A stretch of DNA of 64,000 bases. Source: an uncultured virus (IMG/VR IMGVR_UViG_3300038393_001141) (taxonomy: Duplodnaviria; Heunggongvirae; Uroviricota; Caudoviricetes). Below the pieces are notes generated by a model. It was not told the DNA's origin. It did not search any database and saw only the letters and a list, made by a program, of their open reading frames with translations. The stretch lies in the IMG/VR virus record IMGVR_UViG_3300038393_001141; one strand, given 5' to 3'. Every line of letters begins with the position of its first letter. Positions within the stretch are counted from its first letter, which is position 1. Positions 1 to 9,141 of this stretch are shown one piece after another. A program made the position numbers and the translations under genes.

Positions 1-127
1 TGGATGCGTTTCTAGCCGCTTGGGATATTTCGTCCAGGAGACCAATGTCTATATCCTCTCGCTCAGCGATCGCGTCGGCCAAAATCTTGATTCCGTCGTG
101 GTTGATTATGTAAATGTCAACCTCTTG
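1..127. repeat. 127-bp exact repeat of 63457-63583; similarity continues with many substitutions to ~544/64000
   Basis: Direct base comparison; first mismatch at 128 (g) vs 63584 (a). Confidence 0.95.
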
Positions 128-604
128 GTTCAACAGCTTAAATCGCTTGTCTCGGGTGCCGTGAAGCACAGAAAAATTGAGATGTGGGAAATTCCGAAAT
201 ATCTCATCGCCCCACGTTCGTTCCAGGGTGGACATCGGAGACGAAATCAGTAGCCTCTTGACCTTCCCTATGCTCCGCAGGTAATCGTACGCCCACAAAC
301 CCGACAGGGACTTGCCTGTTCCCATGTCGTTAAGGCAGAACGCCCTTGGGTGCTTGGCCAGGAATTCTGTTGTTACTTTTTGATGGTCGAACGGTGTGAA
401 CCGTCCAGGCCAGTCGTAATAGAACCCGATAGGCGAGGGCACGTCTATTCCCATATTCCCTAAAACTTTAGTTTCATCTAATCTGTGCGGAACTACTACT
501 AGTGTTTTACCGCGGTATACTACAGTTCTAGCTGTGGGTATCACGGTCAGTATCCTGCCTGGGTCCGCTAGATTTAAGATTATTTTCTGCTGCCTGATTA
601 GCAT
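1..604 (-). CDS. SNF2-family helicase, 5' part (allele A; continues through the circular junction at 63456)
   Basis: Manual translation from ATG 604: MLIRQQKIILNLADPGRILTVIPTARTVVYRGKTLVVVPHRLDETKVLGNMG...FCLNDMGTGKS (Walker A). Nearly identical in protein to the ORF at 62510-64000. Confidence 0.85.
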   Translation of the reverse strand, partial: MLIRQQKIILNLADPGRILTVIPTARTVVYRGKTLVVVPHRLDETKVLGNMGIDVPSPIGFYYDWPGRFTPFDHQKVTTEFLAKHPRAFCLNDMGTGKSLSGLWAYDYLRSIGKVKRLLISSPMSTLERTWGDEIFRNFPHLNFSVLHGTRDKRFKLLNQEVDIYIINHDGIKILADAIAEREDIDIGLLDEISQAARNAS

Positions 605-1253
605 TCTCTACCTCATGTGTTCTGCTCACTCTCCGCTGTGTCCACCAACGCTTTCGAGCAGCTGCCATTTTTGCCTTAGTCTCTGGTGGGTGAACTCGAC
701 CAACGCTGTTTTTATTTCCTATCTTAGCGATAGACATGTTGCGCCTAACCTCGTCAGAAGCTTTCTTCCCTAAGCAATACTTGTTTCCTGTATTTATTTT
801 TGACAGCCGCAGTAACTCTTCTTTGGTACGAACACTCCCCACCGCATACTTATTACCTCTACGTGCCGCCGACATTTTTGATCTAGTTTCTGGCGACGCC
901 TTACGGCCCAAATGTGCTCGCCTGATCTTTTCTCTAGACTCTTCGCTCAATACACGACCAATGGGGCTTCCGGCAACTGGGTACATGTTGTACCCGCGAA
1001 TAAAAGTTCCATATCCATCAATGCATCTCTGTTCGTACATAATCAGATTTTCCTTGGAACACGCGAATAAGATTTCAAATGTAAAAGCTTCTTCACCGTA
1101 TTTGTTCCATGCACGTTGCAGCTTAATGCTGTGGTGGGTACCTCTTCGAAGAGCGTGTTTGTGGTTAGCTATCCTCTTCTTTAGGCGTTCAGCTGAGCCT
1201 ATGTATACCTGCCCATTCTGGATATTTGTGATCTTGTATATACCCGATAACAT
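528..1253 (-). CDS. GIY-YIG homing endonuclease with NUMOD3-like repeats
   Basis: SGIYKITN...VYIGSA...R...E motif; repeated SEETR.KMS.A.KG basic motifs. Confidence 0.9.
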   Translation of the reverse strand: MLSGIYKITNIQNGQVYIGSAERLKKRIANHKHALRRGTHHSIKLQRAWNKYGEEAFTFEILFACSKENLIMYEQRCIDGYGTFIRGYNMYPVAGSPIGRVLSEESREKIRRAHLGRKASPETRSKMSAARRGNKYAVGSVRTKEELLRLSKINTGNKYCLGKKASDEVRRNMSIAKIGNKNSVGRVHPPETKAKMAAARKRWWTQRRVSRTHEVENANQAAENNLKSSGPRQDTDRDTHS

Positions 1254-1261
1254 AGCGCGGC

Positions 1262-1522
1262 CTAGTTGTCATACCCAGTCTTTCCTGCTCTCCATCCTCT
1301 GTTCTTGCTGCGACTAATGACTCTGGTGTTTGAGTCTGCGTCGCTGCCCCCTTTGCGCAACGGGTTCTTATGGTCCACATCGGTCTGGTCACCTACACGG
1401 GCTTTTCCTTCTGCAATGGCGTGCCGCCTAGCACGGTTGCGGTCAACTCGCTTTTCTACGTTTTCTTCTTTTTTCTGATATTCGGCCATATATCGAAGCT
1501 TGGCCGGTGTTGATTTAGGCAT
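1262..1522 (-). CDS. small HNH-type nuclease
   Basis: DVDHKNPL..GG....N.RVISRSKNR HNH-like motif. Confidence 0.75.
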   Translation of the reverse strand: MPKSTPAKLRYMAEYQKKEENVEKRVDRNRARRHAIAEGKARVGDQTDVDHKNPLRKGGSDADSNTRVISRSKNRGWRAGKTGYDN

Positions 1523-1829
1523 TTCTTAAATCCTCTTGTCTTTGTTTGTACTCCAACCACTCTTCCAACTCCTCCAGCCCCTCATCCCCAGCCACCACAA
1601 ATGGTCTACCACCGGCCTTTTCCATGGACTCCATGGTTATCTCCTGCCGTGGTGTTGGTTTCTTTCCAGGGGCTTTTGTCTCAACTGCGAAGAAGTCTCC
1701 GTAGTGGCAGCCGATGAAATCCAGTGATGGGGCTCCCATACCGTTCTGGACAGGGCAGTGCCAGTACGCACCGTACTTCTTCAAGAGTTCCTTGACCTTT
1801 GCCTTAACACGCGATTCAGGAGTACTCAC
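1515..1829 (-). CDS. VRR-NUC domain nuclease (Holliday junction resolvase-like)
   Basis: TPESRVK...GAPSLDFI...FFAVETKAPGKKPTPRQ; GTG start assumed. Confidence 0.85.
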   Translation of the reverse strand: MSTPESRVKAKVKELLKKYGAYWHCPVQNGMGAPSLDFIGCHYGDFFAVETKAPGKKPTPRQEITMESMEKAGGRPFVVAGDEGLEELEEWLEYKQRQEDLRNA

Positions 1830-2079
1830 GCGCCGACTCCAGCTCGTCAATCCTAGACTCAAGACGGCCTATCTGATCGTTGAGGTCTCTAATCTCGCAA
1901 CTGTGCTCAAAATCGTCTTCTTTGCGCTCTTCTTCGAAATTCTTCTCGTCGTCAAGCCGCCTGCCCAACCGGAGCAGGGCTTCCTTGTACAAGTCCCAGC
2001 CGACCATCCCATCCGCAAACCTGACGAACTCTTCATCGCTCATATGTGCATATTTACAACTACTTGCATTGCTCATCAC
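1816..2079 (-). CDS. hypothetical protein
   Basis: ORF tightly coupled to both neighbours in the operon. Confidence 0.6.
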   Translation of the reverse strand: MMSNASSCKYAHMSDEEFVRFADGMVGWDLYKEALLRLGRRLDDEKNFEEERKEDDFEHSCEIRDLNDQIGRLESRIDELESAREYS

Positions 2080-2735
2080 TTCCTCCCATTATGAGTACAG
2101 CTGGTTACTGCGCAGAACGACTTGCATAATCCTGATGGCCTGGCCTCCCACTTGTTTTGTTCGTGTGCGATTTCGAGACGCCTAACTCTTGGAAGGAATT
2201 CTTGCCAAATTGCCGGCACCTGGGCCCGGGTGTAGGTCTCCTTTACCACCTTGTTGTCCTTGAGCCATACGAACCCGGTAGAGACTTTCTCTACTTTTGG
2301 TTCAGCGGCCATCATGATCGCCGCGGATAGTTGCAGCTGCAGTGAGTCGTGCTTGATCTTCCCAGTCTTCCAGTCAAGATTGATCGCGTTCGGCTCGTTC
2401 ACCACACCAACATCTATGACTGCTCTCACCCACGCATCCTTGGCGAAATACTCCGTGGGTTTGAGACTCGCGTTCAGGCAGTACTTGGTCTCTGCAAACA
2501 CCCGTCCCGGGGATGCTTCAATCTTTGCGCACAGAGGCTCGAACTTTTCAAGATGCTCTGGTAATGGAGTCTTGTTTTTGAGTCGGAGCTCCAGGTCTTT
2601 GTGAACACGCTGCCCCCACATCGCGGTCTCGCCAGGAGGGTCCTTTACATCCTTGGCTACTCGGGTGTGGTAGAAGGCTTTCGGACAATTTTCAAACGCA
2701 GTCAGGGCTGAATAGCTCCAGGCGACGGGTTTCAC
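2076..2735 (-). CDS. PD-(D/E)XK Cas4-like/RecB-family exonuclease
   Basis: WSYSAL..FENCP, G..VH, RAVID...LDWKTGK, QLQL, C-terminal C..C....C. Confidence 0.85.
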   Translation of the reverse strand: MKPVAWSYSALTAFENCPKAFYHTRVAKDVKDPPGETAMWGQRVHKDLELRLKNKTPLPEHLEKFEPLCAKIEASPGRVFAETKYCLNASLKPTEYFAKDAWVRAVIDVGVVNEPNAINLDWKTGKIKHDSLQLQLSAAIMMAAEPKVEKVSTGFVWLKDNKVVKETYTRAQVPAIWQEFLPRVRRLEIAHEQNKWEARPSGLCKSFCAVTSCTHNGRK

Positions 2736-2938
2736 GAAAAGACCCCAAGTACCCATTTGAAGTATGTGAAAGTCAGCCCGATACACCATGGAACCACTAG
2801 AATTAGAGCCGAGACAAACGCCAAGCTGAGACCTAACCCTGTAAGTATTGACATTACTTGCTTCTTTGCCTGCTCTTCTGTACTGTTTTCCTCGACTTGC
2901 GTTTTACGTTGCATCATTCCAACCACTCCCTTTTGCAT
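2732..2938 (-). CDS. small membrane protein
   Basis: Long hydrophobic segment; operon-coupled. Confidence 0.5.
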   Translation of the reverse strand: MQKGVVGMMQRKTQVEENSTEEQAKKQVMSILTGLGLSLAFVSALILVVPWCIGLTFTYFKWVLGVFS

Positions 2939-3022
2939 TTAGTACACCTGAACCCGAATACCTTCTGGGTAAACTGAACTGCTACGTGGCACTGAATGTG
3001 AAACTCATTGCACCACCATTTC

Positions 3023-3790
3023 TTAAACCATTTCATTCTTGCTGGCTCCTTTTTGTCTTTCCATTTCTTGGCGAACCTTTTGAGATGCTGACATCTTTGC
3101 TCGCGTTTCATCTGATACGACCCTAACCCGGTTGGCATTGCCGATCTTTACTCGTGCTTCAGTCGATGCTGGATGTCCTTTTCTGCCTTTCTTTGAAGCT
3201 GACATTCGGGCCCTAGTCTCTTCAGTGTGTTTTATCCCTAGTCGGTATTTATTTCCTATGTTTGCTTTAAGCAAGGCTTCCTTTTGGTTTTGCGCTAGCT
3301 TGATACCCAGCGTATGCTTATTACCTTTATGTACAGCGCTTATCTTAGCCTTATGGCTATCTGATAATTTTCGCCCTACATTCGCCGCTAACAGAGCCTC
3401 TTTTACTTTCTCAGTTTGCTTTCTTCCAACGCAGTATTTGTTCCCCTTATGTGCAGCACTTATTTTCGATCTTGCTTCTTGTGGTAAAGTCCTTCCTGAT
3501 GTATTTCCAGCTGTGGGGCATATGTTGTACCCGCTTTTTACAGCGTCAAACCCATCAATGCATAGCTGTTCGTACATGAGCAGGTTTTCCTTAGAACAAA
3601 TAAGTAATGTGTAGAACTCAAAGGTAGATTCACCGTACTTGTTCCAAGCGTTCTGGAGTTTCTTGTTGCTGTGGTCTCCTCTCTTCAAATCTTGTAAGTG
3701 CTTTCTGGTTCTAATCCTCAGATTAGCCGCACTGCCTATGTAGACCTTCCCATCAATACTGTTCTGGATTTTGTAGACTCCTGATATCAC
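3023..3790 (-). CDS. GIY-YIG homing endonuclease with NUMOD3-like repeats
   Basis: ISGVYKIQN...VYIGSA; paralogue of 528-1253 (CSKENL.MYEQ.CIDG shared); GTG overlaps the polymerase stop. Confidence 0.9.
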   Translation of the reverse strand: MISGVYKIQNSIDGKVYIGSAANLRIRTRKHLQDLKRGDHSNKKLQNAWNKYGESTFEFYTLLICSKENLLMYEQLCIDGFDAVKSGYNICPTAGNTSGRTLPQEARSKISAAHKGNKYCVGRKQTEKVKEALLAANVGRKLSDSHKAKISAVHKGNKHTLGIKLAQNQKEALLKANIGNKYRLGIKHTEETRARMSASKKGRKGHPASTEARVKIGNANRVRVVSDETRAKMSASQKVRQEMERQKGASKNEMV

Positions 3791-5688
3791 TTCACACCCT
3801 CTAAAAACTTGTCCGCATCTATCATCGAACCCCACTTCTTTCCAACATGGCAATCCCAAGGAAGAGGTATCGGCGGTGTAAAGTTCCATGCTTTCTGATA
3901 TGGAAGATTGTCGAGCACCTTTTTAACCTCTACAGTGAAAGCAGCTACCTCTCCATCTGGAACTATGTAAAAAAGTCCATCGTGAAGTTCGAACCAAAAG
4001 TGCGCTCCGTGCTTAGCCATTAGAGGTTTTGTACACATTAAAGCGAGATACTTTTGGTCTGCTCCAATCCCCTGCACAGGGTAATTTATAGCGGTACTCT
4101 CAACCGCCCAACTGCTGCGCCGGTCTGTGCTCTCCAGACTAACCCTTCGGCCTGCAAGGGTTTCCACATATCCTTGTTTAACTGCCTTGTAAATTTGTCT
4201 ATTCCAGTATTGTGGGATGCCTGTGTAAGTTGTCAAGTATACACTACGTATTTTGTCAATGAAAGCGACCTGCACATCTAGGTTGTAATTCACTCTTGCT
4301 TTTGCTGTTGCGCTCTTTGCAGAGATACGGTATTGGAACGCTAAATTCGCGAATTTACCTAGATTTCTGTCTTGTTTCGCTTTCTTTTTACCTGCTTTTA
4401 CGTCTGCGACAAACTCCTTGTAATCTCTATTTACAATCCTAGAACCCATGTATGAATGCGCATCCTCTCCAGGTAAGCACAGCTGGAGCATCGTCTCATC
4501 CCCAGACTCCACAGCCATCCATCTGAATTCTTGCCCGGATGCGTCAGCAGAAACGATGGAGTACCCTGGTGGAGCTGCAAACAGTTTCCTGTAGATCGGT
4601 CCTCTTGGTATTTGATGTAGTGCAATGCCTACCGGTCTTGCGTTCTTTCCTTTCCCTTGTTTACTTGCAAAAGTGCCTCGACCAGTGTATGTTCCAAATA
4701 TCTTGAAGCCAGGTCTTGTGCATCCGTCGCCGTTGTATTGGACAGAGTCAAGTGTTCCTTCCGCGAACTTGTTTTGGTTTCCAATGGCTTCCCGGTACCG
4801 GCGCACAGACTCCGCCCGCGGGTCTTCAATGGTGGTGAACAGCTCGTGAAGGGATTCCTTGTCGGTGCTTGGCTGCCCCTTGGCTGTGGTCTTGATCACC
4901 GGTAGGCCCCAGTCCTCGAACAAGAGCTTGGATAGCTGAGCAGGGGAGGCGAGTATTTCCGGAGTGGCACCGTGGGGCTCTAGATCATCCAGGTGCTTGA
5001 ACTTCTCAGCATCGAGCATGCGGTACAAATCCTCAGCGGCCTTCACATCCACGTTCAACCCGCGTACTATGGTCCCTGCTATCATGGGGATACATTGCGC
5101 CTCGATTAAGGCGGCACGCAAACGAGCTGGGTTTTCCGACAGTTCGTTGTAGAACTTCTCGGCCAGCATAAAGGTAAAGATCGCGTCCTTCTTGTTGTAA
5201 GCAAGACGCTTGGCCACTACCTCCGGATCGTCGCTGTGAAAGTCGATATCCTCTTCGTACCCTGCATGCTGCGGGTAGAACTCAGCAACAGCTTCCTTAA
5301 GCCCGTAGGACTTCTTCTTGCCCGCGGTTTTCTCATACTCTGGAGTAACGGTGAGGTGCTTCCATAGAAGTAACCCATCCAGCCATCTGCACCTCATGAC
5401 TAGGTCTTCCAAACCCATCGCGATCAACCAAGCTGCATCAAACGGTGCGTTCCAGGCTATGATGGTTCTCTGGGTAGAAATGCAGTAGTTAAGGAGCGCG
5501 CTCAGTTCGTCTTTTGATGGCATCGCAGACGCCACTATTTCTTTCTCGCCAGCGTTGTATTTAACGATGGCGTAAGAGCTCACAAACGCCTCGCCCTTCA
5601 ACACCCGGAAGGGCTGCAGGGCATACTCTGGATTGACCTTGCTACTGGTTTCCACGTCAAAACTGACGTGCTTCGATCGATCAAACAT
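3787..5688 (-). CDS. polA: family A DNA polymerase with 3'-5' exonuclease domain
   Basis: Exo motifs FDVET, WNAPFD, YNKKDA; TYTGR; motif A DASGQEFR; motif B RNLGKFANLAFQY; NYPVQG; motif C LHDG. Confidence 0.95.
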   Translation of the reverse strand: MFDRSKHVSFDVETSSKVNPEYALQPFRVLKGEAFVSSYAIVKYNAGEKEIVASAMPSKDELSALLNYCISTQRTIIAWNAPFDAAWLIAMGLEDLVMRCRWLDGLLLWKHLTVTPEYEKTAGKKKSYGLKEAVAEFYPQHAGYEEDIDFHSDDPEVVAKRLAYNKKDAIFTFMLAEKFYNELSENPARLRAALIEAQCIPMIAGTIVRGLNVDVKAAEDLYRMLDAEKFKHLDDLEPHGATPEILASPAQLSKLLFEDWGLPVIKTTAKGQPSTDKESLHELFTTIEDPRAESVRRYREAIGNQNKFAEGTLDSVQYNGDGCTRPGFKIFGTYTGRGTFASKQGKGKNARPVGIALHQIPRGPIYRKLFAAPPGYSIVSADASGQEFRWMAVESGDETMLQLCLPGEDAHSYMGSRIVNRDYKEFVADVKAGKKKAKQDRNLGKFANLAFQYRISAKSATAKARVNYNLDVQVAFIDKIRSVYLTTYTGIPQYWNRQIYKAVKQGYVETLAGRRVSLESTDRRSSWAVESTAINYPVQGIGADQKYLALMCTKPLMAKHGAHFWFELHDGLFYIVPDGEVAAFTVEVKKVLDNLPYQKAWNFTPPIPLPWDCHVGKKWGSMIDADKFLEGVK

Positions 5689-5691
5689 TTT

Positions 5692-5925
5692 TTACTCCTG
5701 CGACCCGATCTCCAAACTTCCAAGCTTGTCCGCGGTGCCTCCAGCTGCTGTTTTTATTTGTGCGACCTTAACCTCAGCGTAGAAGCTTTCGGTTATCTGC
5801 ATGGCTAACTTCGTTATCTGAGATGCCTTATCTATAGCCAGGTCGCCGTTCTTAACACCCACCATCATGGTTGCCAGAAAGTCCCTGAGTTCTCCGGTTG
5901 TTTTGATTTTTCCGCTCATTTGCAA
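5692..5925 (-). CDS. hypothetical protein
   Basis: ORF with GGAG RBS, upstream of the polymerase. Confidence 0.6.
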   Translation of the reverse strand: MQMSGKIKTTGELRDFLATMMVGVKNGDLAIDKASQITKLAMQITESFYAEVKVAQIKTAAGGTADKLGSLEIGSQE

Positions 5926-6307
5926 TCTCCTTTTTTAATTTGTCGTTCAAAATTCGAATCTCGTCAGCAGCTAGCTTCAAAGCCACTATCTTTCGTGCTT
6001 TATTCCAACAACCCAAGCATACGTACCCACTTTGTGATGGGCCGAAACTTCTATAATTTACTCGTCTTCTAGTTCCAATCCGGCAGCAAATTCCACAGGT
6101 ATATATCGGGGATACTGGCGCGTGATACTCGCGGTAGGTGTAAAAAACCGGTACTTTCCAGCGAGATATGTGCCGTATTTCTGGGTGCGATACGAACCCT
6201 AGCTCGAATTCATGCTTGTAGTTACCTTCCACCCACTCGCATACCTGCCAATGTCGATCAAAACTCATCCCAAACTCCTCATCCGTGCGATCAGGTAGGT
6301 GACACAC
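5852..6307 (-). CDS. hypothetical protein with two CxxC pairs (possible Zn finger)
   Basis: CGIC...CLGC; overlaps the next gene; start uncertain. Confidence 0.5.
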   Translation of the reverse strand: MCHLPDRTDEEFGMSFDRHWQVCEWVEGNYKHEFELGFVSHPEIRHISRWKVPVFYTYREYHAPVSPIYTCGICCRIGTRRRVNYRSFGPSQSGYVCLGCWNKARKIVALKLAADEIRILNDKLKKEIANERKNQNNRRTQGLSGNHDGGC

Positions 6308-6410
6308 CCGGTCTCAATCGCACAGCACGTCAAATACAAAGCAAGAAACATTTAACCCTCCAATTAATCTTGTAGTTATGCAATCAGCATACCTATCGGA
6401 CGCAGAATCT

Positions 6411-6625
6411 TTTTCGCCATGCCTTGGAGATGCGCATGGATTCTAGGTATACTTTCTAGGAATGGCGAAACAAAAAACGAGGTAAGCTATTGATCGTAAA
6501 GGGAATAACAGCGGCCTGCAAAGCCGTCTACGCCGGTTCGATTCCGACCCCCGCCTCCATAAAATCAATGACTTACAGAACAAATTGTCATAAAGTTTTT
6601 CGCCATTTTTTAACTTTTTCGCCAT
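6411..6625. promoter_or_regulatory. attP arm-type integrase sites and IHF site
   Basis: TTTTCGCCAT at 6411, 6597, 6616 and inverted ATGGCGAAA at 6462 flank the core; AATCAATGACTTA (6563-6575) matches the IHF consensus WATCAANNNNTTR. Confidence 0.7.
6509..6559 (+). other. attP: attP core = 3' part of tRNA-Cys(GCA)
   Basis: GCGGC-CTGCAAA-GCCGT anticodon arm, GGTTCGATTCC T-arm and CCA end; no 5' half/D-arm; adjacent to the integrase. Confidence 0.9.
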
Positions 6626-6627
6626 AC

Positions 6628-7725
6628 TCACGATTTTTCTCTTTTGTCATATCCTGACTTCAAAACCGGCGACACTTTCTCACCGACTCTTGCCCTCACA
6701 TACTTGGCGGTCATCGACTCTGTTGAGTGCCCCAATAACTTCCTTGCGGTTGCCATGCTGGCCACGTCCGACGCACTCTTGGCACGAAGGTCCCTGAACT
6801 GAAACCGAACAAACTCGACACCCAATTCTGCAGCTCGCTTCTCGGCTTTATCCCGGGCCAGGTCGAACTGGCTTCGGAAGTACCCTGATTGCTTCAGCTT
6901 CTGTCCTTTTGGATCGGACAGCAAAGTCATACCTACAATACCCCTGGATTTGATCCTGTCCATCAATGCAGCTAGCTCACCTACAACATTGATCTGCAGC
7001 TTGACTTTTCCTTTTCCCTGCTCGACCCACACAGCGCCATCACGCACCTGGTCCCACCGCATCTTCAATACGTCAGCAGGTCTCTGCCCGGTTAGGTACG
7101 CCAGGTCTATAGCATCCTGGATGATCGGTGACGCACAGCTGTATACCAGCGCGAGCATCTCGTCGGTCACGTAAATATCCCGGCACTCGGTAACCTTCAT
7201 CTGCCGAGTAGTGCCGGCGACTGGATTGGCCGCCATCATATACCCGCGGGCCCGAGCCCAATTGAACATAACAGAGAGGAATTTCACCTCCTTCTTTGCG
7301 GATACTTTTGATGGTCTACCGTCAAAATATCTAAGCATAAATTCAGGTCTGAAAGCCTCCACGCTCATCCTGCCAAATATAGGCTCCAGTTTCTTCCAGT
7401 ACTTCTCTCGGTCCTGCAAGGTGCGAACTGACAATTTCGATTGCGCTCTATTCTTCGCCCACACCATGTATTTTTCGTACAGGGCTGCCATGCTCTTCTC
7501 ATCTACAGTTACTTTGGCTTCGGTCGCGCTCAAGCTTTCGATATCCGCCCACTTCATTTTTGCCCTAAGCAAGTCCGTGCCCAGCCCCTCCAGTCTGCGC
7601 TTACCGTCAGCGTCCCGCGGGTACTCGTAATAGAAATACGTCACAGGTACACCACGAGCGTCTTTGTACGTACGCCTGACCATATGCGGCGGCAGGTCCC
7701 GGTGCTTTACTTTTGGCTTGGACAT
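6628..7725 (-). CDS. int: tyrosine integrase
   Basis: LTGQRPADV (R), K, FRDLRAKSASD, LLGHS...T.KY catalytic residues; N-terminal arm-binding-like domain. Confidence 0.95.
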   Translation of the reverse strand: MSKPKVKHRDLPPHMVRRTYKDARGVPVTYFYYEYPRDADGKRRLEGLGTDLLRAKMKWADIESLSATEAKVTVDEKSMAALYEKYMVWAKNRAQSKLSVRTLQDREKYWKKLEPIFGRMSVEAFRPEFMLRYFDGRPSKVSAKKEVKFLSVMFNWARARGYMMAANPVAGTTRQMKVTECRDIYVTDEMLALVYSCASPIIQDAIDLAYLTGQRPADVLKMRWDQVRDGAVWVEQGKGKVKLQINVVGELAALMDRIKSRGIVGMTLLSDPKGQKLKQSGYFRSQFDLARDKAEKRAAELGVEFVRFQFRDLRAKSASDVASMATARKLLGHSTESMTAKYVRARVGEKVSPVLKSGYDKREKS

Positions 7726-7964
7726 CAGCTTAATTTTGACCAGTCTGGTAGAGGCCCTGCAGTGGAAGCCGCGGCGTCAGCTGCATCAACACCAGCAAGC
7801 TTGATTCTCGTATACCATCTGCCAACGATGGGGTCATTGGCCGCGTTCAGTGCGAACTTCCAGTGGTTCTCAAGCAGCCAGGCTGTTTGGTCCCCGCGGT
7901 GCGATCTGCCTGTCAAGGCCCGCACTTCGTCCTTGGTTAGAATTTCAGCGTATCCGGCGTTCAT
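7725..7964 (-). CDS. xis: excisionase-like protein (DUF4224-like)
   Basis: LT..EV..LTG.....Q..WL...PDW pattern; immediately upstream of int. Confidence 0.75.
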   Translation of the reverse strand: MNAGYAEILTKDEVRALTGRSHRGDQTAWLLENHWKFALNAANDPIVGRWYTRIKLAGVDAADAAASTAGPLPDWSKLS

Positions 7965-8191
7965 TTCTTTTCACCGTACTGCATCTCAAGGGCAAGCTCA
8001 CACCAGTGTATGGCTTTTCTCAGATCAGCCGCCCCACCTTTGTCCTTGTGCCTAGTTGCATACTTGATGATGCTGAATTGGAAAGCGTCTAACTCATTGG
8101 CATGTGCGTACTCTACTACCTGAATCTTTAGTTTTTTGTAGTGGTCCCCTGATACCTGAGTATCAAGGGCTGATTCTTGTTTGTTGGTCAC
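7961..8191 (-). CDS. DUF3310 (SaV-like) protein
   Basis: QVSGDHY...IIKY..RHKDKGG..DL.KA pattern. Confidence 0.8.
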   Translation of the reverse strand: MTNKQESALDTQVSGDHYKKLKIQVVEYAHANELDAFQFSIIKYATRHKDKGGAADLRKAIHWCELALEMQYGEKK

Positions 8192-8667
8192 GATTTCCCC
8201 TCCAGCGCGTCGCGGAGCTTTTCGACTCTCACAAATGCTGTGCAATCTGGCGGCAATTGAACCGAGGTAAAATGTTCAACCAACTCCTCCGCCGCATGCC
8301 GCAACTTGTCGGATGGGGCGTGGGTGTTGTTGGTTGATCGCAGCCATGTTTGATACTCTGCTTTGAATTTGTCGTCACCCAACAATCCAGCAATAGCGTC
8401 GTGAATAAGCAGCGATTCGATCTCGTTTGGCTCGTGATAGACTTCTCCATCATCAAGTGCGTAGCCGTCTAGATAATCTTTTATCGCTTCCTGAACCGGG
8501 GGCCAATACGGTTTAACAGGCTCAGCCTCCTGCGATGGTGGTGTCGGGGCAGCTGCAAGGATCACAGCGTAACCGTATAATTCGTCTGCCAGTGGGACTC
8601 GAGCACCCTCTCGGATAGATTCTGAGGTTTCTTTTAAAGCAGCTATCAATCCTTCTGGTATTTTCAT
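8188..8667 (-). CDS. hypothetical protein
   Basis: AAGGAG RBS; operon-coupled ORF. Confidence 0.6.
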   Translation of the reverse strand: MKIPEGLIAALKETSESIREGARVPLADELYGYAVILAAAPTPPSQEAEPVKPYWPPVQEAIKDYLDGYALDDGEVYHEPNEIESLLIHDAIAGLLGDDKFKAEYQTWLRSTNNTHAPSDKLRHAAEELVEHFTSVQLPPDCTAFVRVEKLRDALEGKS

Positions 8668-8822
8668 TTCGTCTCCTTAGAACCAGTCCCAATTTACACA
8701 ATTTGCTTGTTTCCACAACTGAGGCATAGTTGCGGTGCCTAACCTCCAGTTCCAATTTGGCCCGTGTTTATTTCTCCACTTTCGCCAGAGAAGAATGAGG
8801 AATCGTTTTATTCGCAGCCGAT

Positions 8823-9140
8823 TCATTTCGTCTCCTTCACCAATTTCAAATGTGATCTCATCTCAACCCTCGTGGCTGCTTCTCTCAATTTATACGGACT
8901 GCATAATTTCATTGCCTCAATGCCAATGGCTACCTGAGTCTCAAGGCGAGCACGTTCGTCATCACCCCAACCGATCAGCTCTGTGATGCACTGCTTAAGC
9001 CGCTCATCCTTCATGCGGTCAGCGGCGGTAGCTACATACTCAAGATCATCCCTTGACAAATTGCCGCGACCTTGAAGCAGTTCTTTACTCTCGTTTATGA
9101 CTGCTTTGATCAGCATCTCTCGGTAAACTAACGCCCCCAT
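8823..9140 (-). CDS. hypothetical protein
   Basis: Operon-coupled ORF. Confidence 0.6.
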   Translation of the reverse strand: MGALVYREMLIKAVINESKELLQGRGNLSRDDLEYVATAADRMKDERLKQCITELIGWGDDERARLETQVAIGIEAMKLCSPYKLREAATRVEMRSHLKLVKETK

Positions 9141-9141
9141 C

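Noticed and set aside
3023..5688. Group I intron or intein in the polymerase, terminase or helicase
   Set aside because: These ORFs are uninterrupted and of ordinary size; the endonucleases lie between genes.
6490..6560. Functional tRNA-Cys gene
   Set aside because: The 5' acceptor strand and D-arm are missing; only the 3' part is present, as expected of an attP core.
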